Positions 39,589 through 49,765 of a stretch of 64,000 nucleotides of DNA are shown piece by piece; position 1 is the stretch's first letter; each line of letters starts with the position of its first letter. The notes beneath the pieces are model-generated. The model did no database searches, was not told the DNA's origin, and was given only the letters and a program-made list of their open reading frames with translations. Made by a program: the position numbers and the translations under genes. Origin of the DNA: Spirochaetota bacterium (lineage in GTDB: Bacteria; Spirochaetota; UBA4802; UBA5550); NCBI GenBank assembly GCA_963664815.2, contig CAXXHB010000002.1, positions 768,001-832,000 on the forward strand, in the 5' to 3' direction.

Positions 39589-40344
39589 ATGGGTTATTTA
39601 CTTCTTGATCCTGAACTTGTGGCGAAAGAACATTATTTATTAACAGTGCAGATTAAGGACTCATCATTTAAGCCTGGACAGTTTATTAATATTAAAACAG
39701 CGAATGGGACAGATCCACTGCTTCGCAGACCTTTCTCCATATTTGATGCCGACGGGGATATCGCTAAAATAATAATCCGTGTTATTGGCAAGGGAACCTC
39801 CCTTATCAGCAATATGAATCCGGGTGAAATTAATGTGATTGGACCTTCAGGGAATGGTTTTTCTATGGAGAAAAATAAAAAAATTCTTATCATTGGGGGA
39901 GGAGTTGGAAACGCACCGCTATTTTACCTTATGAAAGAATTAAAAAATAATGGAAACAGGATCACATATATATATTGTGCAAGAAGCAGTGATTTTGTTT
40001 TTGAAAAAAACAAATATAATATGTTAGCTGATGAGTTTATTCTTACAACGGATGATGGTTCTGATGGAATTAAAGGAGTTGCAACAGAAGTGATCCCAGA
40101 AAAAATTTCCATGAAAAATTACGACAAAATATACTGTTGTGGGCCTGATCAAATGATGGAAAAAGTTGTAAAGATTGCTTATGTAAACACTCAGGTTGAA
40201 GTATCCGTTGAAAATTATTTCGGGTGTGGCGTAGGCCTTTGTGTTGGCTGTACAATTGATACCGTGAGCGGTTATAGAAGAGCATGTATCGATGGTCCGG
40301 TTTTTAATGGCAGAGCAATACTCTGGGACAAGATGCCCGATTGA
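39589..40344 (+). CDS. pyrK: Dihydroorotate dehydrogenase electron transfer subunit
   Basis: PGQF, LRRPFSI, GGGVG, CGP, CGVGLCVGC...CIDGPVF. Confidence 0.9.
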   Translation: MGYLLLDPELVAKEHYLLTVQIKDSSFKPGQFINIKTANGTDPLLRRPFSIFDADGDIAKIIIRVIGKGTSLISNMNPGEINVIGPSGNGFSMEKNKKILIIGGGVGNAPLFYLMKELKNNGNRITYIYCARSSDFVFEKNKYNMLADEFILTTDDGSDGIKGVATEVIPEKISMKNYDKIYCCGPDQMMEKVVKIAYVNTQVEVSVENYFGCGVGLCVGCTIDTVSGYRRACIDGPVFNGRAILWDKMPD

Positions 40345-40351
40345 TAAATTT

Positions 40352-40909
40352 TTATTTAAAAAGCGGAGATAGTTTTTTAAATTCAGGTGTCCCGGATTTT
40401 TCAAGAATCATAAATGCAATGGTTTCGGTGGGATAGATTAAAACCCCCGTTTCAGTTAACATCCTCAAAGCCATATTTCTGTCCTCAAGTCTTCTTGAAG
40501 CAACTCCATCAGATGCAATTATCACTTTGAATCCATTATTGATCAGGCTTACGGCAGTCTGGAATACACAGATATGTGATTCAATTCCTGAAATTATGAT
40601 TGTTTTTTTTCCGGAAGTTATGACTGCTTTTTTAATCATATCATCTTTCATGCAGTCAAAGTAGATTTTTTCAAGATTTAAAGCATTATTTGTAATTTCT
40701 TTAAGTTCTGGAATTGTCTCTCCAAGTCCTTTTTTGTACTGTTCTGTAATTATAACAGGTATATTAAACTCTGCAGATGTTTTTATCAGAATGCCGCAAT
40801 TTTTTTTCAGTGTATCCTGAATGAAATCAGGCATGACTTTGAAAAGCTTTTCTTGTATATCTATTACGAGATGAAGAGAATCGTTGCTGTCTATAGTGAA
40901 ATCTTTCAT
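40352..40909 (-). CDS. Isochorismatase-family hydrolase
   Basis: IDIQEKL, TEQY..GLG.T, GIESHICVFQT. Start set at ATG 40909. Confidence 0.88.
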   Translation of the reverse strand: MKDFTIDSNDSLHLVIDIQEKLFKVMPDFIQDTLKKNCGILIKTSAEFNIPVIITEQYKKGLGETIPELKEITNNALNLEKIYFDCMKDDMIKKAVITSGKKTIIISGIESHICVFQTAVSLINNGFKVIIASDGVASRRLEDRNMALRMLTETGVLIYPTETIAFMILEKSGTPEFKKLSPLFK

Positions 40910-40946
40910 TTTAATATCCTCATATCCGAGAGAACAGTTATCTGTT

Positions 40947-43532
40947 TTATTGCAAAAGCTCATCACCAATGTTATTGATAATAGAATCTTTTTTATTATT
41001 TTTTATATTATTTAATATTTTCTGTTTCTGATCTTTCATTATATTTTCGTCTGGTGTTTTTGATGACATCTTAAAGTTTGCATTTTGATTTGAACAGACG
41101 TCACAAATTTTGTCAGGTAAAAATTCTGGGATAAATACTTCGGTAATTGTATTTTTACAGCTTGGCCCTGGGAGCATGCCAGAGTTTGCACACACGATAA
41201 TATCTTTTAATTGGGCATATACTGGAAACCCTGAAACAGGATCGTGCCTGAGAGCTTCTCTCATGTAATTACCCCATACTGGTGCTGCGATACCTGCTGC
41301 TGCCTGGCCTACTCCAAGTGACATGCCGAGTTTATCGTAACCAATCCATAATCCGGTTGCGAGATCGGGGGTGAAACCAATAAACCATGCATCCTTCCAG
41401 TTGTTTGTTGTTCCGGTTTTACCGGCTGCCGGCCTTCCGGGATATGCCGCTCTCGCTGTACCGGCTGAGATTACGCTCTGCATAAGGCTGATCATTACCT
41501 GGGCAGTATCGGGGCGAATAACCTGAATAGTGCCTTTTTTAGTCTTTTCAGCGATTATATCATTTATCTCTTTTTCCTTATTCTCAATTATTTCACCATT
41601 GCGGTTCTTAATGTACCTGATTGCAAACGGTATCACATCTTTACCGCCATTGGCAATGATTGAATAGGCTCTTGTCATTTCAAAAGGACTTACTTCAATT
41701 GATCCGAGGGCAATTGATAGATTGCGTGGGATTCTAGCTTTTTTCTCGGCGTCATTCATTTTAAGAAGTTTGGCGTAATAGTTTATTACCATATCCATTC
41801 CTATTGTATCAGCAATTCTTATAGATACAACATTGATAGATTTTTCAAGGGCTTTGCGAAGTCTGATAAATCCATTGTATTCTCCTTCATAATTTTCAGG
41901 AAGCCAGTCCCCTCCCTCAGTATCGAGATAAACAATTGGTGAGTCGAGAACACTTGTAGCGGCTGTAAATTTTCCTGATTCTATTGCAGCAGAATACAGA
42001 AGAGGTTTAATGGAGGAACCAGGCTGCCTTTTTGACTGCATAGTTCTATTTAGCTGGTTAATGCTTGAGAATTCACCTCCACCAATCATTGCTTCAATAT
42101 AACCGTTATGATGATTAATGGAGATAATGCATCCTTCTACACGCTGTAGTTCGCGATCATCAGTATATGTACTTTTATATTTATCAAGAAAATCTGATAT
42201 TGTAGTAAGCCCTGCCAGAAAATTTAATCCTTCCAGTTCTTCAACAACCTCGCTTCGAAGAAGATTATTGAGTTTATTATTTTCAGCTGATCCTTTTTTC
42301 GTGAATGAATTAATATTGAATAAATATGAAGCAAGCAGTATCTCATCAGAAAAGTTAGATACCATGTATTCTTCATTGTTGAAAGAAAGTCCGCCGGAAA
42401 CAACACTCTGTATGTCGAGGGCCTTTTTAAGAATTCTCTGTCCAGCCATCTGCTTGTTAACATCGAGTGTAGTATAAACAGAGAGTCCACCGGTAAAAAC
42501 CATTTCTTCTCCATATTTTTTAACAAGTTCTCTCCTTATATATTCGGTGAACCATGGAGCGTTGTCAATTCTTGTGCTCCATGTTGTTAATGTAGGAGGA
42601 ATATCACCTATAAAGTTAAGGTAATCAGGCCAGAATCCTAGAAAAGCTTTTTCTGCTTCATCAACAGTGATGTATCCCATCTCTACCATCTTTCCGAGTA
42701 TGATTTTATGCCGAGAAATCGAAATTTTAGGATGTCTTATCGGTGATAGCATGTTTGGTGACGAAGGAAGTGTTGCAAGCAATGCACACTCTGCAAGGTT
42801 AAGTTCCCAGACATTCTTCTGAAAATATATCTTTGAGGCGGATTGTACACCATATGCGCCATGCCCCAGGAATATCTGGTTAAGATAGAGGTTTAGAATT
42901 TCGTTCTTTGAATACTTGGCTTCAATCATAATTGCAATAAAAGCTTCTTTAATTTTTCTATATATACTTCTTTCCCTGGAGGTAAGAAGTATTTTTGCAA
43001 GTTGCTGGGTTATGGTGCTGCCACCCTGTTTTACACCTCCTGCAAAAATGTTTACAAAAAACGCTCTTATTATTCCCTTTGGATTAATTCCCCAATGGTC
43101 ATAGAATTCGTTGTCTTCAATAGCAACAAATGCATTAATAAGATTTTTAGGGATCTTTTCGTAAGGGACAATCTCTCTTTTCTCAGTAAAAAATTCGGAG
43201 ATCAGTACCCCGTTTTTATCATAAATCCGTGTTGTAATATCTGGCTGATATGTTGCAAGGTTTTGAACTTTGTTAAAGTCTATAATAAGTATTATTATAA
43301 ATGCAAAGATTAAACCTGCAACAAGGCCTGTAACAATGGTCCGGTAATTTCTGATTAAATCAGGGATATTGGATATGATACTTTTCAGAATGATTATTAT
43401 ACTTGTGATAATGTTATCAGCTCTCTCAGCATTAATATTTTTTCTGATGTTGAATTTATTTGATATGGATGGAATGGAGATTTTATTACTGCCATTACCT
43501 CCTCCAAATGTTTTTCCGCTATATTTTGCCAT
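40947..43532 (-). CDS. Class A penicillin-binding protein (PBP1A family)
   Basis: GT motifs EDNEFYDH, QGGSTITQQ, RKIKE; TP motifs SSIK, SIN, KTG. Confidence 0.93.
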   Translation of the reverse strand: MAKYSGKTFGGGNGSNKISIPSISNKFNIRKNINAERADNIITSIIIILKSIISNIPDLIRNYRTIVTGLVAGLIFAFIIILIIDFNKVQNLATYQPDITTRIYDKNGVLISEFFTEKREIVPYEKIPKNLINAFVAIEDNEFYDHWGINPKGIIRAFFVNIFAGGVKQGGSTITQQLAKILLTSRERSIYRKIKEAFIAIMIEAKYSKNEILNLYLNQIFLGHGAYGVQSASKIYFQKNVWELNLAECALLATLPSSPNMLSPIRHPKISISRHKIILGKMVEMGYITVDEAEKAFLGFWPDYLNFIGDIPPTLTTWSTRIDNAPWFTEYIRRELVKKYGEEMVFTGGLSVYTTLDVNKQMAGQRILKKALDIQSVVSGGLSFNNEEYMVSNFSDEILLASYLFNINSFTKKGSAENNKLNNLLRSEVVEELEGLNFLAGLTTISDFLDKYKSTYTDDRELQRVEGCIISINHHNGYIEAMIGGGEFSSINQLNRTMQSKRQPGSSIKPLLYSAAIESGKFTAATSVLDSPIVYLDTEGGDWLPENYEGEYNGFIRLRKALEKSINVVSIRIADTIGMDMVINYYAKLLKMNDAEKKARIPRNLSIALGSIEVSPFEMTRAYSIIANGGKDVIPFAIRYIKNRNGEIIENKEKEINDIIAEKTKKGTIQVIRPDTAQVMISLMQSVISAGTARAAYPGRPAAGKTGTTNNWKDAWFIGFTPDLATGLWIGYDKLGMSLGVGQAAAGIAAPVWGNYMREALRHDPVSGFPVYAQLKDIIVCANSGMLPGPSCKNTITEVFIPEFLPDKICDVCSNQNANFKMSSKTPDENIMKDQKQKILNNIKNNKKDSIINNIGDELLQ

Positions 43533-43872
43533 AATTTAGTGACCTTAAATTCAGTATTCATACCTGAAGTGTTTAATTATAAACAATAAATGATATATAT
43601 TTCCATGCTGTCTATGAAAGCAGGGGAATACTTGGCATATTTACAGGTTATATTGTTGTTATGATTCAATAGATGTTGATTGTTAAACTCATAATCAGCC
43701 AGTACAAATATTTTTTTAAAAAAAATGAAAAAAATAGATATTTAATAATATTGACATGATAAATTGAATTATATTGCTTTAATCGTATATAAACGCTTTT
43801 AAACAGATGTAAATCAAATCCTGTAATTTTTTCTAAAGACCGACTTAAATTATGAAAAGGGAAATTTTTAAT

Positions 43873-43909
43873 GCTGTCAAGGATGACTGCGTTTAAATTC
43901 AAGGAGGAA
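43873..43909 (+). promoter_or_regulatory. Two CsrA-type GGA hairpins in the flaB leader
   Basis: GTCA-AGGA-TGAC (43876-43887) and TTCAAGGAGGAA overlapping the SD (43898-43909). Confidence 0.7.
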
Positions 43910-43913
43910 TAAA

Positions 43914-44762
43914 ATGATAATAAATCACAACATCGCTGCTATTTTCTCTCATAGAACTTTAAAGTTCCATGATTGGAGTATGACAAAAGATATCGAAAAA
44001 CTCTCATCAGGTATGCGTATAAATAAAGCAGGTGATGATGCTTCAGGCCTCGCTGTCTCTGAAAAAATGAGATCTCAGATACAGGGTTTAAGGCAGGCGG
44101 AAAGAAATACTGAAGATGGCATGTCTCTGATTCAGACAGCTGAAGGTTATCTGACAGAAACACATGAGATTCTTCAGAGAATCAGGGTTCTGGCCGTACA
44201 ATCAGCAAACGGAACTTATACTGACGAAGACAGACAGCTTATTCAGATTGAGGTTTCAGAACTTGTTGATGAAATCGACAGGATTGCATCACAGGCTGAG
44301 TTTAACAAAATGAAACTCCTGACAGGCTCTTTTGCAAGACTGCATCCTACTGCGTCTATGTGGTTTCATATGGGACCGAATATGCATCAGAGAGAGAGAG
44401 TTTTCATCGAAACAATGACAACTGCAGCACTTGGACTTCGTAACCCGACAGTTCTCACATTTATATCACTTTCAACACCGGGTAAAGCAAATTCTGTAAT
44501 AGGACTTGCTGACGAAGCATTACGAATTGTTTCAAAACAGAGAGCTGATCTTGGAGCTTACTATAACAGGCTTGAACATTCTGCTAAAGGTCTTATGAAT
44601 GCTTATGAAAATACACAGGCGTCTGAAAGCCGTATAAGAGATACAGATATGGCAGAGCAGATGTCATCTTTTACAAGGTATCAGATTTTAACACAGGCTG
44701 CGACTTCAATGCTTGCCCAGGCAAATGCAAAATCACAGTCTGTACTGCAATTACTTAAGTGA
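43914..44762 (+). CDS. flaB: Periplasmic flagellar filament core protein FlaB (flagellin)
   Basis: [56 protein letters not shown]; 282-aa spirochaete type. Confidence 0.96.
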   Translation: MIINHNIAAIFSHRTLKFHDWSMTKDIEKLSSGMRINKAGDDASGLAVSEKMRSQIQGLRQAERNTEDGMSLIQTAEGYLTETHEILQRIRVLAVQSANGTYTDEDRQLIQIEVSELVDEIDRIASQAEFNKMKLLTGSFARLHPTASMWFHMGPNMHQRERVFIETMTTAALGLRNPTVLTFISLSTPGKANSVIGLADEALRIVSKQRADLGAYYNRLEHSAKGLMNAYENTQASESRIRDTDMAEQMSSFTRYQILTQAATSMLAQANAKSQSVLQLLK

Positions 44763-44793
44763 TATACTGAGCTAACATCGCAATACCATTCAA

Positions 44794-44824
44794 GACGCCG
44801 GACTCTCCCATCCGGCGTTTTTTA
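44794..44824 (+). terminator. Rho-independent terminator of flaB
   Basis: GACGCCGGA-loop-TCCGGCGTT followed by a T run. Confidence 0.88.
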
Positions 44825-44994
44825 ATTAATATACAGCTCCCACCTCATTGTGGCCGCTTAATATTACCATTTATGAATATTTGTGTAGTTTATAGTAACC
44901 ATATTTCAAAGAGCAATGAACATAAAATTGTTGACTAATGTTTTATATTTTTCCTGTTCCATTTATGGGAAAGGGCTAAGGTGAAAACATTCAG

Positions 44995-45726
44995 TTAAAC
45001 AAAAAGTCGATTAACAAACTCTGCAAAACAATTAAATCCTCCTCTATTCAATGCTTCGATAAGTGCAGTTCCAATAATGAATCCGTCACTAAACTCTTTT
45101 GCCTTTGCCGCTGATTCTTTTGACTTGATTCCAAAACCGGTTACAACAGGAACTTTTGATTTACTTCTGGCGAAATGGATTTTTTTCTTTGTTTCTTCAT
45201 CTAGATTAAAATTTGAACCGGTTATGCCTCTCATTGAAATAAAATAAATAAAGTTTTCAGAGATATTTGCAGTTTCCTCAATAGATTCGAGTGGACTTTC
45301 CGGAGTCATGAAATTCACAAGCTTAATTCTTTCATCGAGTCCCATCGGCGCGAAGAAATTTTTTTCGCAAAATGGAACATCAGGGAGGATAAGACCTTTT
45401 ATATTGTTATCAATACAGAAAGTATTGAATAAAGGCATTTCCATATTATAAATAAGATTAGCATAAGTCATCAGATAGATGTCTTTCTCTGCCGGGATAT
45501 TTTTTCTTATGTGTTTTATACTTTCAGCAATATCCGTGAAAGTACAGTTCTGATTAAGAAGGTACTGTGCTGCATCAGCAATTACATCGCCATCTGCTAT
45601 AGGATCACTGAAGGGTATTCCAACTTCAATAAAATCAAAATATTCAAGGCCTTTTACGGCAGATTCAATGAATGTATCTTTATCGGGATAGTTTCCCATT
45701 AGATAGAATCCGTTATATTTTTTCAT
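44995..45726 (-). CDS. trpA: Tryptophan synthase alpha chain
   Basis: [30 protein letters not shown]. Confidence 0.93.
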   Translation of the reverse strand: MKKYNGFYLMGNYPDKDTFIESAVKGLEYFDFIEVGIPFSDPIADGDVIADAAQYLLNQNCTFTDIAESIKHIRKNIPAEKDIYLMTYANLIYNMEMPLFNTFCIDNNIKGLILPDVPFCEKNFFAPMGLDERIKLVNFMTPESPLESIEETANISENFIYFISMRGITGSNFNLDEETKKKIHFARSKSKVPVVTGFGIKSKESAAKAKEFSDGFIIGTALIEALNRGGFNCFAEFVNRLFV

Positions 45727-46904
45727 AGTCCGAGTTCCTCCTCAATAATAGGCATATCCTTGTCGCCCCTTCCAGAAAGGTTTAATAGTATGTTTTTCCC
45801 CCTGTATTTCTCAGCATTAGTCAGCAGGTAGCCAAGTGCGTGACTGCTTTCAAGAGCTGGGATTATTCCTTCATTGAGACATAGTTCCTTAAATGCACTA
45901 AGAGCCTCAGAGTCACTGCATGTTGCGTAATATACAGTTCCATTTTCATGAAAATGGCTGTGTTCAGGTCCTACGGCAGGATAGTCAAGTCCCGCTGAAA
46001 CAGAGTGTACAGGCATCACGTTTCCTTTTTTTGTCTGCAGCAGGTACGTGTGGTTTCCATGAATGATTCCCGGCCTTCCGTAGTTAAGTTTTGCCGAATG
46101 GTCACCATCATTTGATGAACGACCTCCTGCCTCAACTCCAATGAGTTTAACACCCGGAACATTTATGTAATTTGCAAAGATTCCTGCTGCGTTGCTGCCA
46201 CCTCCGACGCAGGCAATTACATAATCAGGATCACATCCGGCAGTATCTCTGAATTGCGGAATGGCTTCTTCACTTATTACGGATTGGAAATTTCTTACCA
46301 TCATAGGGAAAGGATGAGCTCCAACAACTGAACCGAGAATATAGTGCGTTGTTTGCACAGTACGAACCCAGTCTTTCATTGCAGCATTTATTGCATCTTT
46401 TAAGGTTTTACTGCCTGTTTCGACTGGTGTCACTTTTGCGCCAAGAAGCTTCATTCTTTTAACATTGGGTGATTGACGAGCAACATCCACACTCCCCATA
46501 AATACTTCACATTCCAGGCCAAGTAGTGCGGCAGATGTAGCAGTTGCAACTCCATGCTGACCTGCACCGGTTTCTGCTATAACACGGGGTTTACCCATAT
46601 ATTTTGCAAGAAGACCCTGTCCAAGTGCATTGTTAAGCTTGTGTGAGCCTGTATGCACGAGGTCTTCACGTTTTAAGTATATGTTAATATCATATTTTGC
46701 GGATAGTCTTTTTGCATAATATACCGGTGTTGGCCTCCCTGCATAGGTTTTCAAAAGGGATTCATAATTTTTTTGTTCCAGTGTATCATTCATAAATGAT
46801 GTATAACTAATTTCAATATTTCTTAGCGCATTTATCAGGGTCTCAGGAACAAAACGTCCTCCATATTTCCCGAAGTACCCTTTTGTATCAGGTATTGATG
46901 TCAT
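45723..46904 (-). CDS. trpB: Tryptophan synthase beta chain
   Basis: [46 protein letters not shown]. Confidence 0.97.
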   Translation of the reverse strand: MTSIPDTKGYFGKYGGRFVPETLINALRNIEISYTSFMNDTLEQKNYESLLKTYAGRPTPVYYAKRLSAKYDINIYLKREDLVHTGSHKLNNALGQGLLAKYMGKPRVIAETGAGQHGVATATSAALLGLECEVFMGSVDVARQSPNVKRMKLLGAKVTPVETGSKTLKDAINAAMKDWVRTVQTTHYILGSVVGAHPFPMMVRNFQSVISEEAIPQFRDTAGCDPDYVIACVGGGSNAAGIFANYINVPGVKLIGVEAGGRSSNDGDHSAKLNYGRPGIIHGNHTYLLQTKKGNVMPVHSVSAGLDYPAVGPEHSHFHENGTVYYATCSDSEALSAFKELCLNEGIIPALESSHALGYLLTNAEKYRGKNILLNLSGRGDKDMPIIEEELGL

Positions 46905-47514
46905 ATTCAGCCTCCTTAATAAACTGTAGTATTTTTAATATTTTTTCTTTAGATTTTATACCTTCAGAAATTTCAATTCCTGAAGAGATGTCTATTCCGG
47001 CGGGTTTCATATTAATAATAATGGGCTTTATGTTATCAATGTTTATCCCTCCAGCGATAATCATTTTATTTTTAAAAGGATAATCTCTGATTAAGTCATG
47101 GTTGAAACATTTCCCTGTACCTCCATATGATACAGCAGAATATGTATCGAATAGAACAAATCCTCCGGGATGAGGTATCGGTAATTCTCCTTTATCTTGC
47201 GAGCCTATACGAACACATTCAATCACAGGTATCGTTGAAGCAAGCTGGTGTGCAGTTTTTTTATCGTAAACCTGTATCATGTCAAGATTAACTTCTTCTA
47301 CAATTTTCATAATTGATACAGGGTCGTCATCGACAAATACACCGGTTGATTTAATATTACTCCCATTTAACATGGAACTCATCTTTTTTGCATGGTTTGG
47401 TTTTACATAACGTTTGGATTTTTTATAAAAAATGAAACCGACTGATGCTATCGGGAGGCTTTGTATTATTTCTATATCGTATGGATTTGTAAATCCGCAT
47501 AGTTTAACAAACAT
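46888..47514 (-). CDS. trpF: Phosphoribosylanthranilate isomerase
   Basis: VKLCG, GFIF...[21 protein letters not shown]. Confidence 0.92.
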   Translation of the reverse strand: MFVKLCGFTNPYDIEIIQSLPIASVGFIFYKKSKRYVKPNHAKKMSSMLNGSNIKSTGVFVDDDPVSIMKIVEEVNLDMIQVYDKKTAHQLASTIPVIECVRIGSQDKGELPIPHPGGFVLFDTYSAVSYGGTGKCFNHDLIRDYPFKNKMIIAGGINIDNIKPIIINMKPAGIDISSGIEISEGIKSKEKILKILQFIKEAEYDINT

Positions 47515-48271
47515 TTTTAAACTTCCTTATCATTTCTTCCGGATCAATGCTTCGCATCAGAGATGATCCTATGAGGAAATTGTTAACCCCGCATTCATCC
47601 ATAATATATGAAATATCATTCCTTGAATTGATTCCGCTTGCACTGATTGTGGTAACTCCTGCCGGAATTTTTTTTAGAGTATTAATCCCTGTCCTGATGT
47701 TTATCTCAAGAGTTTCAAGATTTCTCATATTAACAAGTATGAATTCCGGATTGAGAGGCATTATATTTTCAATTTCATTTTCCTCATGAATTTCAACAAG
47801 TGGAGTCATTCCAAAATATTTTATTTTATTATAGAGATTTTTCAGGGATTTCTGCTCAATAATTTTCGCAATCAGAAGTACCATATCCGCACCGCAGAGG
47901 TATGCAGCCTCTATTTGCTCTTCAAAGTATATAAAATCTTTACACAGAACAGGCTTACTGCATAATGAAGCAACTGAATGAAGATGGTCATATGATCCAT
48001 TAAAATATATTTTTTCAGTAAGTACACTCACTGCCGAAGCTCCACCTTTAAGATAGCGGATGATAAGACTTTTGTAATCCGTCTCTCCTGAAAGATTGCC
48101 TGCTGATGGAGATGAATGTTTCAATTCAGCAATAATATTTATTTCATCGATAAATGCATTATTTATTGGAGTAAGTGGACGGTTACGGATTTTTATTTTT
48201 TCTATGATGGCTTTCATTTCAGGGATCTCTCCAGATTTGATATTCATCATCTCGTTTAGTCTGAATTTCAT
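47504..48271 (-). CDS. trpC: Indole-3-glycerol phosphate synthase
   Basis: IIAELKHSSPSAG, SVLTE, LCKDFI, GADMVLLI. Confidence 0.93.
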   Translation of the reverse strand: MKFRLNEMMNIKSGEIPEMKAIIEKIKIRNRPLTPINNAFIDEINIIAELKHSSPSAGNLSGETDYKSLIIRYLKGGASAVSVLTEKIYFNGSYDHLHSVASLCSKPVLCKDFIYFEEQIEAAYLCGADMVLLIAKIIEQKSLKNLYNKIKYFGMTPLVEIHEENEIENIMPLNPEFILVNMRNLETLEINIRTGINTLKKIPAGVTTISASGINSRNDISYIMDECGVNNFLIGSSLMRSIDPEEMIRKFKNVC

Positions 48272-49317
48272 CAGATATCTCCCCTAAGCTCTTTTAATTT
48301 TATATGAACAGTACCATCCATGATTGCATCTAGTGATTTCTTATATGAGTCACGTATACTGTTGTTTTTGTCGTATGCATAAAATGAAAGCGCTGAGTTA
48401 AGTGCGAGGAGCTTGGCAAGAGGTGTTGACCTGCCTGAGCTTATAGTATCAATGAAGAGAAGACCGTTTTGATCGGGAGAAAGATGTGAAGGAATTAACC
48501 TTGATTCTTCTTTAGAGATATATTCACATGGTCTGATAATAAATTTACTAATTATACTATTTTGGATTTCATATACAATTGTATCAGCTATAGGGGAAAC
48601 TTCATCCATACCGTCAAGAGAGGAATAAATTAGACATCGTTCAAATGACAGTGCAAGAGCTGTTTCTGCATATAAAGGAAGAAGCTCGGGGCTAAAAAAA
48701 CCTATAGCCTGCTTTTTTGTTCCGGCAGGATTTGTTAACGGACCGAGATAGTTGAAGATAGTCCTTACTGCTAATTTTTTTCTTACCGGTACTGCATATT
48801 TCATTGCCGGGTGATAATTCGGAGCAGCCATAAATACAAACAGGTTTTTTCTGAAATAGTCTACTGCATCATTGCCTGTCAAGTTTACTGGTATTCCTAT
48901 GCTTTCATAAAAATCTGTAGAACCACTTCTCCCGCTGACGGATCTGTTCCCATGTTTTGCAATTGGTATTCCAAGTGATGAAAGAATTATTGCAACTGAG
49001 GATGAAATGTTGAAGGATCCGGAATTATCACCCCCTGTACCACAGGTATCGAATATATCGGTATTTCCTAATTCTATATGGCTGCAGAATTTTCTCATTG
49101 ATTTTGCAGCTCCGGATATTTCTTCAGGTTTTTCACCACGAAGTTTCATAGCCATAAGCATACCAGTTAATTCAATCTCCGACATTCTGCCAGAGAAGAG
49201 ATGCTCAAATAATATTTCACTCTCGGTTGAGGTGATAGTGTTGCCATTGAAGACGGAGTTAAGCATAATGTTTATTGAATTATCATCAGTCTGATTTACT
49301 GTATTTTGATACGTCAT
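48271..49317 (-). CDS. trpD: Anthranilate phosphoribosyltransferase
   Basis: DTCGTGGD, FNISS, KHGNRSVS, RTIFNYLGPLTNP. Start at the second ATG based on SD spacing. Confidence 0.94.
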   Translation of the reverse strand: MTYQNTVNQTDDNSINIMLNSVFNGNTITSTESEILFEHLFSGRMSEIELTGMLMAMKLRGEKPEEISGAAKSMRKFCSHIELGNTDIFDTCGTGGDNSGSFNISSSVAIILSSLGIPIAKHGNRSVSGRSGSTDFYESIGIPVNLTGNDAVDYFRKNLFVFMAAPNYHPAMKYAVPVRKKLAVRTIFNYLGPLTNPAGTKKQAIGFFSPELLPLYAETALALSFERCLIYSSLDGMDEVSPIADTIVYEIQNSIISKFIIRPCEYISKEESRLIPSHLSPDQNGLLFIDTISSGRSTPLAKLLALNSALSFYAYDKNNSIRDSYKKSLDAIMDGTVHIKLKELRGDI

Positions 49318-49344
49318 AGTCATCTCCTGGAATCTGTTTTAAAT

Positions 49345-49371
49345 AAAAAAACCGTAGTTAAATTCCACGGT
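49345..49371 (-). terminator. Second terminator-like hairpin in the trp leader
   Basis: ACCGTGG-loop-CTACGGT followed by a T run on the minus strand. Confidence 0.65.
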
Positions 49372-49382
49372 CTCTATAAATT

Positions 49383-49442
49383 AAAAACCGCAGGGAGCAA
49401 TTGGCCAGCCTGCGGGAAAACTGTATTTATGAGCAGGCGGGC
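49383..49442 (-). promoter_or_regulatory. trp attenuator: mutually exclusive antiterminator and terminator
   Basis: Terminator CCGCAGG/CCTGCGG plus T5 (49383-49415). Antiterminator GCCCGCCTGC (49442-49433) pairs with GCAGGCTGGC (49413-49404), sharing GCAGG. Confidence 0.85.
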
Positions 49443-49443
49443 A

Positions 49444-49512
49444 CTATATATTATGCCACCACCATATCATGCTGAAAACAGTAAAAAATGAAATTTGTTT
49501 GTTCTTTCTCAT
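49444..49512 (-). CDS. trpL: trp operon leader peptide MRKNKQISFFTVFSMIWWWHNI
   Basis: 22 codons with three consecutive TGG, ending immediately before the antiterminator. Confidence 0.88.
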   Translation of the reverse strand: MRKNKQISFFTVFSMIWWWHNI

Positions 49513-49538
49513 GTTTCTATATATAGAAACATGAGAAA
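49505..49538. repeat. 34-bp perfect palindrome over the trp promoter -10 and leader start
   Basis: TTTCTCATGTTTCTATA|TATAGAAACATGAGAAA. Confidence 0.9.
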
Positions 49539-49548
49539 CTGATGTCAA
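49520..49548 (-). promoter_or_regulatory. Sigma70 promoter of the trp operon (TTGACA-N17-TATATA)
   Basis: Perfect -35, 17-nt spacer, leader ATG 7 nt after the -10. Confidence 0.7.
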
Positions 49549-49765
49549 GATTTTTTTAAGATTTTTTTGTTTTTTTAAATTTATTTATGGCGATAAAAAC
49601 CAGCTTTTAACTTTTATTATTAAATGCTGGAATAAAACAGATCACATCACAGTACTAATCATAACCAGACTTTAAAATACGAAGAAATATTGTGAGGTTC
49701 ACGAGATTAAATTGATATTTTTTTAAAATATTATAAAAAACATCCAGATATTGGATATGAAGATA

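Noticed and set aside
43800-43850. Sigma28 promoter for flaB (ACCGACTT at 43839)
   Set aside because: No TAAA/TCAA-like -35 at 15-16 nt spacing.
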